From positions 2,334,413-2,398,412 of the forward strand of contig OZ241332.1 of NCBI GenBank assembly GCA_965200125.1: 64,000 bases of DNA, written 5' to 3'. The DNA is from an uncultured Candidatus Binatia bacterium (lineage in GTDB: Bacteria > Desulfobacterota > Binatia > Bin18). A model generated the notes under the pieces. The model worked only from the letters and a program-made list of their open reading frames with translations. It searched no databases and was not told where the DNA came from. This document shows, in pieces, positions 34,690 through 44,730 of the stretch; the stretch's first letter is position 1; each line of letters begins with the position of its first letter. A program made the position numbers and the translations under genes.

Positions 34690-35565
34690 TCAATACAATC
34701 CGGACGGGAACCAGCAGCCGCTCGGTTCTCGATAGGCGCCGCGCGTCATCAACGAACCGGGCTTGGCAACCCGCAATCCCTCGGCGAGGCACCAGCGGAA
34801 CAGGGCGGCTTGGCGGGTCGGCAACAGGAACGCCAGCGGCCGGCCGCTGACTTCCCCCACGGCAAGCAGGATCGCCTGCATGTCAGTCTGGGTCTCGGCC
34901 ACGCCGTGGGCCAGAATCCACTCCGCGCTCTTGGCCGTGTACGAATAGGTGTAGGCGACGAGCCGACCGCCGCGCATGACGCCGAAACAAGCCGAGTGTT
35001 GGACGGCGTCCCGCATCTCGCCGGTCCGCGGAGAGCCATGCACGCGGGTACACAGCGCGGCGCACGCATCGAGATCGTCAGCGGTCAGCGGGCGCACTTC
35101 GACGTCGCGCAGCGGCCGGCCGGCGGGCTTGCCCTTGAGCAACACCAGTGGCTCCCGCACCTCGAAGTCGAGTGTGGCATAGAGCGACATCGCCAGCGTG
35201 TTGTACGCATCCTGCGTGAGGCGGATGCCGGACGCGGAGGCGCCCCGTTCGATCACGGCCTGCATCAGGCGCCGGCCGATGCCGCGTTCCTGACTGTGCG
35301 GATCGACGGCGACCGGACCCAACCCGCGTATTGCGTCGCGCTCGTCCAGAAAATTCACACCGATCACACGCCCGTCTCGTTCTGCCACGATGCTGAACAC
35401 CGCGGCGTGGCGAATGAAGAACCCGGCCAGGGCGGTGGAGGCGCGCGCCGACGCATACTCGGGCGGAAAGCGGTGGTAGTCGGCAACGCCCTTGAACGCA
35501 TCGTACAGAATCCGCCCGCACGTCGCGGCGTCGTCGGGCGTCGCTTCGCGGAGATGAACGTTCAT
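34690..35565 (-). CDS. GNAT-family N-acetyltransferase (two-domain).
   Basis: VAVDPHSQERGIGRRLMQAV is the Q/RxxGxG/A acetyl-CoA motif. Confidence 0.8.
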   Translation of the reverse strand: MNVHLREATPDDAATCGRILYDAFKGVADYHRFPPEYASARASTALAGFFIRHAAVFSIVAERDGRVIGVNFLDERDAIRGLGPVAVDPHSQERGIGRRLMQAVIERGASASGIRLTQDAYNTLAMSLYATLDFEVREPLVLLKGKPAGRPLRDVEVRPLTADDLDACAALCTRVHGSPRTGEMRDAVQHSACFGVMRGGRLVAYTYSYTAKSAEWILAHGVAETQTDMQAILLAVGEVSGRPLAFLLPTRQAALFRWCLAEGLRVAKPGSLMTRGAYREPSGCWFPSGLY

Positions 35566-35749
35566 GCGCGTGTCTTACGAGCCCCGTTCTACGCTGTAAA
35601 GCCGAGCCTGGAAACGCGGGCGTCCCGCCTGCAAAAGAAGAATGCGGGCAGGATCCCCGCGTTCCCGGGACGGGCCCGCCCTAGCGGCCCGCCGTACGGC
35701 TGGCTATACCAAGTCGGACGCTCCCCCGCACGAATCGTCGAGAACACCG

Positions 35750-36475
35750 ATGTCGGATCCGGCCCCCCACACGCCCCCCGAGCCGCGGCCCGCCCCGCAG
35801 TTGAATGCCCGCAAGCTGTTCCTGTTCGTCGGCATCGCGTTCGTGTCGCTCGTGTTCTGGCACGCGCCGTGGCTGTATCCGGTCAAGATATTCACCGTCT
35901 TTCTGCACGAGGCCGGCCACGCCCTGACGACGGTGCTGACCGGCGGACGGGTCGTCTCCATGGTCGTCGATGCACGGCAGGCCGGCTACGTCGAACACAC
36001 CGGCGGGCACGCCGTGTTCATCGCTGCGGCCGGCTACGTAGGCAGCGCGTTGTTCGGCGGGCTGCTGTTGTTGCTCTCGACCCGCGAGCGGTGGACCGCG
36101 GCCGTGTTCCTGGGGCTGGCCGTCTTCTTCGCGCTCGTCACGCTGAGCTTCGTGCGCAACACCTTCGGACTGGCCTTCGGCTTCGGCGCCGCGCTGGTCT
36201 TCGGATTTCTGTCGCGCCGCCCGTTTCCGGGCACGCACCTGATCCTGGACGTGCTGGCGGTGACGAGTTCGCTGTACGCCGTGTACGATCTGACCGACTT
36301 TCTCTACTTCGACGCACGCACCGACGCGGTGATCCTGGCCGAATTGACCCACGTGCCCGCCTTCGTCTGGGCCGGGCTGTGGAGCGTCCTCTCGGTCGCG
36401 ATCGTCTATGCCGCCGGCAAGAGCGCCGTCTATTACGTGCCCAAACCGCGGCGGACGACCGAACCCGCGGAGTGA
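35750..36475 (+). CDS. Integral-membrane zinc metallopeptidase, M50-like.
   Basis: Internal ATG 35750. HExxH (FLHEAGHAL) sits inside a TM helix, with further TM segments. The family call has moderate support. Confidence 0.6.
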   Translation: MSDPAPHTPPEPRPAPQLNARKLFLFVGIAFVSLVFWHAPWLYPVKIFTVFLHEAGHALTTVLTGGRVVSMVVDARQAGYVEHTGGHAVFIAAAGYVGSALFGGLLLLLSTRERWTAAVFLGLAVFFALVTLSFVRNTFGLAFGFGAALVFGFLSRRPFPGTHLILDVLAVTSSLYAVYDLTDFLYFDARTDAVILAELTHVPAFVWAGLWSVLSVAIVYAAGKSAVYYVPKPRRTTEPAE

Positions 36476-36518
36476 CTGTAGCGGGGTTCTCTCCCGGCGA
36501 CGGGGAACTACCAGTCGC

Positions 36519-37028
36519 TTAGAGCGGCGTGGCCAGCAGGGAGGAAATACGGCTCGTGTCCACGACGACGATCTTCTCCTTGAATCGGGCCACGCCGTCG
36601 GTGACGATCACTTTGTCGCGGTACTCGCCCGCGCTGTACACTTCGGTGCTGCCGTAGTCCACCGGGTCGAGGTGCGTCTGGAGCACGACGTAGTTGGCGC
36701 GCGCCGCGATCGCGCCGTCCTCTTCGCCCAGGATGCGTACGCCGCTCACCACGTGGCGGTAGCGGTGCGGCGCGTAGTAGTTGGCTTGGCGGTAGGCGGT
36801 GACGCGGTCCTGCAACATGCCGCGGCTGTCGCAATAGATGAGCGAGACGGGCAGGTTCTGCGCGTCGTTCTCGTACGGAATGATCTGGTACACGCAGTCG
36901 GCGACGAAGAAGTCGGGCCAGTCCTCCAGCCGGTCGTGGTCGAGACACTCCACGTAGGCGTGCAGCAGGTCTTCGACCGCGAAGCGGACCTCCAGACCCG
37001 GTTTGTACAGGCTGGTTGCGGCGCTCAT
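36519..37028 (-). CDS. Aromatic-ring-hydroxylating dioxygenase, beta subunit (NTF2/SnoaL fold).
   Basis: Internal ATG 37028 overlaps the alpha-subunit stop (ATGA). LLHAYVECLDHDRLEDWPDFFVADCVY is present. Confidence 0.8.
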   Translation of the reverse strand: MSAATSLYKPGLEVRFAVEDLLHAYVECLDHDRLEDWPDFFVADCVYQIIPYENDAQNLPVSLIYCDSRGMLQDRVTAYRQANYYAPHRYRHVVSGVRILGEEDGAIAARANYVVLQTHLDPVDYGSTEVYSAGEYRDKVIVTDGVARFKEKIVVVDTSRISSLLATPL

Positions 37029-38323
37029 CTCGGGGCCGCTTCCGTCGTACCGGCGGTTCCGAAGCCCATGCTGTCCCGATAGTAGCGCCAGAACCCGCGG
37101 ATCGCGGTTTCGGAGATCAGGCTCTCCTGGTCGCCGACCTCGGTCCCGCCCATTTCGACGAACGACGCGGCGCGCCGCTCGCCGGCGACGGACTGCTGGA
37201 CGATCTCCGCGGCGTAGCCGTCCTCCATCGAAATCAGTCCGGCCGGGCCGACGAGATTGGCCTGTTTCAGGCGGATCTCGCGCATTTCGGCGTCGTCGTC
37301 CTGATAGCCGAAATAGGTGAAGATCAACTCGAAGCGGTCCGGCGCCTTGGGCAGGATTTGGCGGACGGCCAGCGTGTTGGCGATCTGCTGCACGACCAGG
37401 CACGGAAAGATCGTCTGGATGAACAGCCCGTCGAATTCGGGTCGGCCCTTGAGCACGGACGGGTCGGCCAGTGCGTAGCCTTTTTTATAGCTGTGCAGCC
37501 CGGACTCGTAGGTGGACAGGTCTTCTTCGGCCTTGGGCTTGGCGTGCAGCACGTCGTGGCGGGCGTGCTCGTCCAGGATGATGCCGCCGGCCTGAGACGA
37601 GCGGTACAAACCGAACGTGGCATGGAACAGATGCAGCAAGCTGGCGTGGTAGGGGTCTTTCACGTTCTCGAAATACAGCTTCCAGTTGGCGTTGACCCAT
37701 TGGCGAGTGTGACCGAGCACCTGAATGGGCCGATTGAACAACGTGTCCAACCACGCCCGCATGGGTGGGCCGAGATAGGTGGCGAGTGGCTCGGTGTCGT
37801 CGTGGAACGTGGCGAAGATCAGCCCGGCGTAGGCAGCGACGCGGAGCTTGTGCAGCCCGTGGCGGGACAGGTCGAAGTCGGCCCCGTAGCCGCGAATCCT
37901 GCCGATGCCTTTTTTGAACGGCACGCCGATGAGTTCTCCTTTCAGGTTGTAGCTCCACTGGTGGTAGATGCAGGTGTGCGTGACGCGGTTGCCGTTCGGT
38001 TCGCGACAGACCAGCGCCCCGCGGTGCGCGCAGCGGTTGACGAAGGCGTGCAGGCCGCCCTCCTTGTCGCGCGTAATGACGACGGGTGTGTCACCCACGA
38101 AGGTGGATTTGAAGTCGCCCGGCTCGGCGACCTCGGCCTCCAGGCCGACATAGTTCCAGACCGGCCCGCGAAACAGATGCTCCTGCTCGCGGGCGTAGAT
38201 GTCCGGGTCGGAAAACACCTGGTATGGCACGCGCGCCCCGCCCTCCTCCGGCCACATCAGCGGAGGTGTGCTGCGGCCGTTGCGGTGACCGTTTGTATGG
38301 GTATTCGCGTCGAGCGCACTCAT
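37025..38323 (-). CDS. Rieske non-heme-iron oxygenase, alpha subunit.
   Basis: CAHRGALVCREPNGNRVTHTCIYHQWSY is the Rieske motif. Confidence 0.9.
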   Translation of the reverse strand: MSALDANTHTNGHRNGRSTPPLMWPEEGGARVPYQVFSDPDIYAREQEHLFRGPVWNYVGLEAEVAEPGDFKSTFVGDTPVVITRDKEGGLHAFVNRCAHRGALVCREPNGNRVTHTCIYHQWSYNLKGELIGVPFKKGIGRIRGYGADFDLSRHGLHKLRVAAYAGLIFATFHDDTEPLATYLGPPMRAWLDTLFNRPIQVLGHTRQWVNANWKLYFENVKDPYHASLLHLFHATFGLYRSSQAGGIILDEHARHDVLHAKPKAEEDLSTYESGLHSYKKGYALADPSVLKGRPEFDGLFIQTIFPCLVVQQIANTLAVRQILPKAPDRFELIFTYFGYQDDDAEMREIRLKQANLVGPAGLISMEDGYAAEIVQQSVAGERRAASFVEMGGTEVGDQESLISETAIRGFWRYYRDSMGFGTAGTTEAAPR

Positions 38324-39465
38324 GGGCGTCTCCTCCCTTTTCGAGTACGAGGATTACGGGCTTCATTGTCTGATTGGAACTCAAGCTGAGGAACGCTTGG
38401 AACTACGTTGCCGGCGATACCTCTGATTGAACTATACATATGGTTCGTATTGATGAGAACTTTATCGATCTGTTTTTCCCTTTTCTTCCATAGATTCTCC
38501 ATAGCGCGCCGCTCTGTATTCAGGTCGCTCTGCATTTGCGTAAATCCCTCGACTATCGCTTCGATTTGCAACTTGAACTCGTTACTGGTCAGGTAATCGT
38601 AGAGATGGCTCATTTTATCAGATCTGTTTTCCTGTGCGGCCGCCGATTGGCTGATCTGGATTACGGACTCGCGAAGCACTTTACACAAACCTTTGAACTC
38701 TTCGAAGCTGCAAATCCAAATACCTTCGCGCAATCCCATCCGATCCATGTCGCGGGGCATCGTCTCCGTAACGATGACTCCGACGTTTGCGTTCTGTTCC
38801 CTCAAATCCTTCTTGAACTTTTCAATCCAAGTCGATTGAAAAGTTCTGGTTCTCTTGCTTTCGTAATAAATCGTACCACAATTCTGACGCGCCCTCGTAT
38901 TCACCACGTGAAGACAATCTGCGCCGCGGACACCTTTTTTGATTTCAGAAATGGTGTCCAAAGGGAAGGACTCCGTAAGCCATTTTTCGATAGCGAGTTC
39001 CTGGACTTCGCCTTGCAATTGTCCTGATCCTTGCTCAGCGGTTCTTTGAGCGTCTTGGAGTTTATTATTTAACTGCGCTATAGTGATGTCTTTCTTTTCC
39101 ATTTCTAATTGGGCTTTGGCCTTCTCATCTTTTCGAATCTCCAAACGTGCTTTGTTAATCTTCTGTTCCGCTTCGGCATCTAGCCTTTCTTTGAGTTCGT
39201 CCTTTTCTCTTTTTTCTCGTGCTAATTCAGCCTTTGTTTTATTGAGATCTCTTATCTCCTTCGATTGTCGATCTAATTCCTCCTGCATTGATTTTATTTG
39301 CTCGGACTTTTCGTCGTCCGCGGCTTCTCTGGCCTCTTTTTTGAGCGATTCTCCCAGCGATTTTCGCACTTTCGCCTCCACCTGACGATGCAGGATGTCG
39401 TTGACGTCAATCTGAGATCCACATTCCGGGCATTTAATGGAGGCTTGTTGATCGATCTTGCTCAT
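38320..39465 (-). CDS. DUF2130-like protein: N-terminal CxxC, a long K/E-rich coiled coil, and a C-terminal PD-(D/E)xK-type nuclease signature.
   Basis: IKCPECGSQIDV is followed by about 130 aa of KE-rich heptads. Then GVRGADCLHVV..GTIYYESKRTR gives D...E-x-K. The gene is markedly AT-rich compared with both neighbours. Confidence 0.75.
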   Translation of the reverse strand: MSKIDQQASIKCPECGSQIDVNDILHRQVEAKVRKSLGESLKKEAREAADDEKSEQIKSMQEELDRQSKEIRDLNKTKAELAREKREKDELKERLDAEAEQKINKARLEIRKDEKAKAQLEMEKKDITIAQLNNKLQDAQRTAEQGSGQLQGEVQELAIEKWLTESFPLDTISEIKKGVRGADCLHVVNTRARQNCGTIYYESKRTRTFQSTWIEKFKKDLREQNANVGVIVTETMPRDMDRMGLREGIWICSFEEFKGLCKVLRESVIQISQSAAAQENRSDKMSHLYDYLTSNEFKLQIEAIVEGFTQMQSDLNTERRAMENLWKKREKQIDKVLINTNHMYSSIRGIAGNVVPSVPQLEFQSDNEARNPRTRKGRRRP

Positions 39466-39506
39466 ACGATTCCCTCGGCCCAGGTTGAGTAACGCCTGTT
39501 CGTCTC

Positions 39507-40073
39507 TTAGACTTCGAGTTCGATCACGCGGTTGTCGCGTTTCTTCATGTCGACGAATTCGACGTACGAGCGGACGGCGTGGGCCTGCTCGATCCTGCCC
39601 TGCATCTCGCCCGCGGGACTGTTACCCTCGCCTGCGTTCTTGCGCGTGACGTTGATGAACGCACACTCCGCGGCCAGCGTCAGCGCGTTGTGCCACGTGC
39701 CTTTGTAGATGAAGGCGGCCTGGCCGGGATCGACGTGGAACGCCGCGACCTTGTCGTAATCCAACTCGTAGGCGGACGGGCCACCGTCGCGGCTCTGCGG
39801 CGGCGGGGCGACCACCAGGATCAAAGAGCCCTGCACCGGAATGAACGTCTGGTTGTAGGAGAAATGGATCGCCATCTGATCCAGAATCCTGGCGTCGGGC
39901 CGGTACTGGAACGACAGCAGTTCCATCGCCACGCGGCCTTCTTCGGCCTCGGGATAGACGAGCTTCCTGCGTTCCAGCACTTCGCCGTACGGGGCGAACG
40001 CCTGCGCGGTGAGCGGCTTGATTTGTACGTGGACGGGGTCCGGGGAACGCTCGGCCATGTTTGAGTCCTCCAT
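39507..40073 (-). CDS. Ureidoglycolate lyase/hydrolase-family cupin protein.
   Basis: IKPLTAQAFAPYGEVLE is the family N-terminal block. The start may be 40073 or the ATG at 40058. Confidence 0.65.
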   Translation of the reverse strand: MEDSNMAERSPDPVHVQIKPLTAQAFAPYGEVLERRKLVYPEAEEGRVAMELLSFQYRPDARILDQMAIHFSYNQTFIPVQGSLILVVAPPPQSRDGGPSAYELDYDKVAAFHVDPGQAAFIYKGTWHNALTLAAECAFINVTRKNAGEGNSPAGEMQGRIEQAHAVRSYVEFVDMKKRDNRVIELEV

Positions 40074-40134
40074 AATTCGCCGGGCGACACGGACGAGCCT
40101 ACCAAAGGCGGGAACGGGAAAACAGGGCGAGACT

Positions 40135-40911
40135 TCAGCCCGCCATCGTCAGGCCGCCGCTGACGGACAACACTTGGCCGGTCACGAAGTCGGCGTCGGG
40201 CGAGGCGAAGAACGCGACCGCGGCGGCAATCTCTTCGGGCCGGCCCAGGCGTCGGAACGGCACCGCGCGCGTCATGGCCGCGATGATCTTGGCCCCGCGT
40301 TCGCTGGACGTGACCTGGTCCAGCATGGCGGTGTCGGTCGGGCCGGGGCACACGACGTTGACCGTGATCCTGGCGCGAGCCAACTCGCGCGCCAGCGTCT
40401 TGGAAAAGCCGATGATGCCGGCTTTGCACGCCGAATAGACCGCTTCGCCCGTGGATCCGACGCGGCCGGCGTCCGAACTGATCGAGACGATCTTGCCCCG
40501 CACGCCTTCGCCGGTGCCCTGTTCGGTCATGTGCGCGGCCACCGCGTGGCAGAAATGAATCGGGCCGCGCAGGTTGATGCCGATCACCTTGTCCCAGGTG
40601 TCGGGCTGGCTTTGCAGGAACGGCTCCATCTTGTCCCAGCCGGCGTTGTTCACCAGGATGTCGATCTGCCGCCATTGCCCGATCACCTGTTGCACGCAGG
40701 CGTGGACCTGATCGAGTCGCGTCACGTCGGTCTGGATGACTTGTGCGTGGCCGCCGCGTTGCGCAATTGCATCCGCGGTCGCCTGTGCCTCTTCCTCCAG
40801 AACGTCGGCAATGGCGACTTTGGCACCCTCCTCGGCCAAGCGCAGGCAGATCGCCCGTCCGATGCCGCGGCTCCCGCCCGTGACCAGCGCCACCTTGTCT
40901 TTGATCCGCAT
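40135..40911 (-). CDS. SDR-family oxidoreductase (FabG-like).
   Basis: Internal ATG 40911. Motifs are TGGSRGIGRA, NNAG and YSACKAG. Confidence 0.9.
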   Translation of the reverse strand: MRIKDKVALVTGGSRGIGRAICLRLAEEGAKVAIADVLEEEAQATADAIAQRGGHAQVIQTDVTRLDQVHACVQQVIGQWRQIDILVNNAGWDKMEPFLQSQPDTWDKVIGINLRGPIHFCHAVAAHMTEQGTGEGVRGKIVSISSDAGRVGSTGEAVYSACKAGIIGFSKTLARELARARITVNVVCPGPTDTAMLDQVTSSERGAKIIAAMTRAVPFRRLGRPEEIAAAVAFFASPDADFVTGQVLSVSGGLTMAG

Positions 40912-41098
40912 GGGCGATCCTTTCTGTTCTACCCCAATGGGTACTATAAACGGAGCCAGGGGAAGACGCTCCCTCGGCGGAAGCTGCTTTAAGGGCGGAG
41001 GTCTGTTGACCTTCTCTCCCTTGCCCCCTCCCACCAAGGGAAAAGGGATTGTAGCGGCGCCTTGGCTCGACAGGCCGGATACTATAGTACGCAGAACG

Positions 41099-42145
41099 AT
41101 GAGAGAGGAAGAGGCGGACCGCTCGGCAGGCGGCGTACATGACCGATTCGGGCGGCCGGTCAAGGACCTGCGCATCTCGGTGACCGACCGCTGCAACTAC
41201 CGCTGCACCTATTGTATGCCGCTGGACGAGTACGACTGGCTGGACAAGCGCGAGGTGCTCACGTTCGAGGAAATCACCCGCCTGGCCCGCCTGTTCGTGC
41301 GGCTGGGAGTGGAAAAAATCCGGCTGACGGGCGGGGAACCGCTCGCTCGCCGCGGCCTGGAGGATTTGATTGCGCGGTTGTCCGCCATCGACGGGCTGCG
41401 CGACATCTGCCTGACCACCAACGCCTCGACGCTGGCCGACAAGGCCGCAGCCCTCAAGGCGGCCGGCCTGCGCCGCCTCAACGTCAGCCTCGACAGCCTC
41501 GACCCCGACCGTTTCCGGCGCATCACCCGCCGCGGCGACCTCGCCAAGGTGCTGGACGGCCTGTTCGCCGCCAAGGCGCTGGGGTTCGCGCCCATCAAGC
41601 TCAACGCGGTCATCGAACGCGGCGTGAACGACGACGAAATCGTGCCGCTGGTCGCCTTTGCGCGCGAGCACGGGTTCGCCATCCGGTTCATCGAATTCAT
41701 GGACGTGGGCAACGCCAACCGCTGGCAATCGGACAGGATGGTGTCCAAGCACGAAATGCTGGACGTCATCCGCGCGCACTTTCCGCTCCGCGAGGTCGGC
41801 CGCGCCGGCGGCAGCGCCCCATCGGTGGATTACCAACACGCCGACGGCTGCGGGGACATCGGCGTCATCGCCTCGGTCACCGAGCCGTTCTGTACGTCGT
41901 GCACCCGCGCGCGCCTCACCGCGGACGGTAAGCTGGTGACCTGCCTGTTCGCCACGGCGGGCCGCAATCTGAAGGTGCTGCTGCGCGGCGGTATCGACGA
42001 CGACGCCTTGCTCGGGGTGCTGCGCGACGCTTGGCACCGGCGCGCCGACCGGTACTCCGAAGAACGCTTGGCGGCGCTGCGCTCCGGCTCCGGCTATGAC
42101 CCCCAACAGCGGAAAAAGATCGAGATGATCAGTCTGGGCGGGTAG
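41099..42145 (+). CDS. moaA: GTP 3',8-cyclase (molybdenum cofactor biosynthesis protein A).
   Basis: LRISVTDRCNYRCTYCMP is the radical-SAM CxxxCxxC motif. The C-terminal cluster is CTSCTRARLTADGKL, and the protein ends in a terminal GG. Confidence 0.9.
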   Translation: MREEEADRSAGGVHDRFGRPVKDLRISVTDRCNYRCTYCMPLDEYDWLDKREVLTFEEITRLARLFVRLGVEKIRLTGGEPLARRGLEDLIARLSAIDGLRDICLTTNASTLADKAAALKAAGLRRLNVSLDSLDPDRFRRITRRGDLAKVLDGLFAAKALGFAPIKLNAVIERGVNDDEIVPLVAFAREHGFAIRFIEFMDVGNANRWQSDRMVSKHEMLDVIRAHFPLREVGRAGGSAPSVDYQHADGCGDIGVIASVTEPFCTSCTRARLTADGKLVTCLFATAGRNLKVLLRGGIDDDALLGVLRDAWHRRADRYSEERLAALRSGSGYDPQQRKKIEMISLGG

Positions 42146-42441
42146 CCCGGCTGCTGGAGATTGCGAAGCACCCTGCTCCCTGAGCTTGCGATGCCTTGAG
42201 CTTGTCGAAAGGCCGGAAAGGGGTTGGATCTTCGACAGACTCAAGGACCGGCCAGAATCCAGACCGCGGCGTTGCATCAGCCCGGCAATTGCAAACCGAG
42301 AGCGGCTATCCCCACTGGCCGTTTTCGCTGGACATCGATCCGGCAACGTGCCAACAATGCGGGCTCCGGGTGACGCTTCGGCACGGCCTCCAAGCAAACG
42401 CGTCAAGCCCGCCACGGCGCAGAAGACGAAAGGGGACGTTC

Positions 42442-43602
42442 ATGGATCCCGCAACGCATCTGCCTCTGGGGACGCTCGGCGAAGACGAAACTCTGTTCCG
42501 CGGCATGGTCCGCGAGTTCGCCGAGGAACAGGTCCGGCCCCACGTCATGGACATGGACCGCGCGGCGCAAATCCCCCGCGCATTGGTCGACAAGCTGTTC
42601 GGTCTCGGCGTCATGGGCGTCGAAATCCCCGCCACTTACGGGGGCGCCGGCGCGACCTTCTTCATGTCGATTCTGGCCATTGAGGAATTTGCGCGCGTCG
42701 ATCCCGCGGTGGCGACCTGCGTCGACGTGCAGAACACGCTGGTCAACAACGCCCTGGTCCGCTGGCTCATCCCGGAGCAGAAGACCGAATTCTTCCCGCG
42801 ACTGGCAACGGACACGGTCGGCGCCTACGCGCTGTCCGAGGCCGGGTCGGGCAGCGACGCGTTCGCCATGCAGACCCGGGCACGGCTGGACGGCGACACG
42901 TACGTACTGAACGGCCGCAAGATGTGGACCACCAACGGGGCCGAGGCGGGGGTATATCTGCTGTTCGCCAACGCCGACCCGGACAAAGGGTACAAGGGCG
43001 TGACCGCGTTCATGGTCGAACGCGACGCGCCCGGGTTCAGCGTCGGCAAGAAGGAAGACAAGCTCGGCATCCGCGCCAGTTCGACCTGCGAGTTGATCCT
43101 CGAAGACGTGCGCGTGCCACGCGGTCGCGTCGTGGGCGAGGTCGGCAGGGGCTACAAAGTCGCCATCGAAACGTTGAACGAAGGCCGCATCGGGATCGGC
43201 GCGCAAATGACGGGGCTGGCGCAAGGTGCGTTCGAGTGTGCGCTCGACTACGCCAAGGAGCGTTCGCAGTTCGGCCGCGCGATTGCGGATTTTCAGGCCG
43301 TGCAGTTCGAGTTGGCCGAATTGGCGACCGAGATCGAAGCCGCGCGATTGATGGTCTATAACACGGCCCGCCTCAAGGAGAGCGGCGCGCCGTTCGCCCA
43401 CTCCGCGGCCATGACGAAGTTCTTCTGTTCGCAGGTCGGCGAGCGGGTGGCCTCGCGGGCGCTGGAGGTGTTCGGCGGGGTAGGGTTCACCAAAGAATAC
43501 CCGGCCGAAAAGTTCTACCGTGACGCGAAGATCGGGAAGATCTACGAGGGCACCACGAACATGCAACTCAAAACCATTGCCGCCAACCTGCTCGGGAGTT
43601 GA
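42442..43602 (+). CDS. Acyl-CoA dehydrogenase.
   Basis: Internal ATG 42442. Motifs are YALSEAGSGSDA, WTTNG, QFGRAIADFQAVQF and IYEGTTNMQL. Confidence 0.9.
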   Translation: MDPATHLPLGTLGEDETLFRGMVREFAEEQVRPHVMDMDRAAQIPRALVDKLFGLGVMGVEIPATYGGAGATFFMSILAIEEFARVDPAVATCVDVQNTLVNNALVRWLIPEQKTEFFPRLATDTVGAYALSEAGSGSDAFAMQTRARLDGDTYVLNGRKMWTTNGAEAGVYLLFANADPDKGYKGVTAFMVERDAPGFSVGKKEDKLGIRASSTCELILEDVRVPRGRVVGEVGRGYKVAIETLNEGRIGIGAQMTGLAQGAFECALDYAKERSQFGRAIADFQAVQFELAELATEIEAARLMVYNTARLKESGAPFAHSAAMTKFFCSQVGERVASRALEVFGGVGFTKEYPAEKFYRDAKIGKIYEGTTNMQLKTIAANLLGS

Positions 43603-43605
43603 GCC

Positions 43606-44475
43606 ATGCCGCAACGTGTCGTGACCGACAGCATGGCCGGGCTGAAGTTGCCCGACTTCGACGTATGGAGCGCGCGCGTTTCGACCGTGCTCGGCCAGAA
43701 TCCCGGCCCGTTCACGGGACCCGGCACGAATACCTATCTGATCGGCACGGGCAAACGGCCCATCCTGCTCGACACCGGTATCGGTCTCGACGTTTACGAT
43801 CCGTTACTCGACCGCGGCTTGTCCGAGACCAAGGGCGCGACCGAGTTGCAGGAAATCGTGTTGACGCACGTCCACCAGGATCACATCGGCGGTGTGCCCA
43901 ACGTCAAACGACGCTTCGGGGCGCTGCAAGTATCGAAACACGCCTGGCCGGAAAAAGACGCGGACTACGACTTTCCGCTGATCTACATCGAAAACGGCGC
44001 ACGTACCGAGACCGACGGCGCCACGCTGCGCGCGATCCACACGCCGGGCCACGCCAAAGACCACTTGTGTTACTACCTCGAAGAAGAAAAAGCCCTGTTC
44101 ACCGGCGACTTGGTGTTGGGCGCGGGGACGACCGTCGTACCCGAAGAAGGCGGCGGCCTGATCGACTACATGGCCTCGCTGCGCAAGCTGCTCGACCTGG
44201 ATTTGGCCGTCATCTACCCCGCGCACGGCCCGGCCATCCGCGAACCCTACAAAAAGCTCAACGCCTACATCGCCCACCGCGAACTCCGCGAACAGCAGGT
44301 GCTCGACGCCCTTAACGCCGGCTTGACGCGCATCCCCGACATGGTGCAACGGATCTACACCGACGTGCCGGAGTTCCTACACAAAGCCGCGGGCAATTCG
44401 GTACAATCGCACCTGAACAAGCTCAAGGCGGAAGGCGTCGTCAAAGAAGAGGACGAGGAGTGGGTGTTGGTATAA
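43606..44475 (+). CDS. MBL-fold metallo-hydrolase.
   Basis: THVHQDHIGG is the HxHxDH motif. Confidence 0.85.
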   Translation: MPQRVVTDSMAGLKLPDFDVWSARVSTVLGQNPGPFTGPGTNTYLIGTGKRPILLDTGIGLDVYDPLLDRGLSETKGATELQEIVLTHVHQDHIGGVPNVKRRFGALQVSKHAWPEKDADYDFPLIYIENGARTETDGATLRAIHTPGHAKDHLCYYLEEEKALFTGDLVLGAGTTVVPEEGGGLIDYMASLRKLLDLDLAVIYPAHGPAIREPYKKLNAYIAHRELREQQVLDALNAGLTRIPDMVQRIYTDVPEFLHKAAGNSVQSHLNKLKAEGVVKEEDEEWVLV

Positions 44476-44490
44476 AATGTCTGGACGGAC

Positions 44491-44730
44491 ATGGCCGACA
44501 AGAATTCCGAGCAGATCAAGTACGAAACGGAGCTTCTCAAGCTGATGGCGATCTTCATCCTTGCGATTGGAGGCAGCGCCATCGGGCTCCTGTTGGGAGA
44601 ACGGACGACGATTCGTCTCTTCTTAACAGTGCTGGGGAGCCTTGGTAGCGTCGCTCTAATCTTCGGGGTGTGGAGGCAGCATCGGATCATCAGGAAGCTG
44701 CTGGCCGGATCGAAGGAGGCCATGTCATGA
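44491..44730 (+). CDS. Small two-TM membrane protein (79 aa).
   Basis: LMAIFILAIGGSAIGLLLG and LFLTVLGSLGSVALIFGVW. The GC content is lower than the flanks. I recognise no family. Confidence 0.45.
   Translation: MADKNSEQIKYETELLKLMAIFILAIGGSAIGLLLGERTTIRLFLTVLGSLGSVALIFGVWRQHRIIRKLLAGSKEAMS

Noticed and set aside
27490-38323. Treating the two Rieske oxygenases, the LLM monooxygenase, the PPOX protein, the VOC protein and the MFS transporter as one biosynthetic or catabolic gene cluster.
   Set aside because: The genes lie on alternating strands and are separated by unrelated genes (GNAT, M50 peptidase). No ferredoxin or reductase, regulator or core biosynthetic enzyme ties them together. This looks like the general enrichment of such enzymes in this genome rather than a defined cluster.
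40912-41098. Possible Moco riboswitch upstream of moaA.
   Set aside because: I see no GCCUCCGAGCC-type core. Part of the region is a ccc..ggg REP-like hairpin (about 41010-41050).
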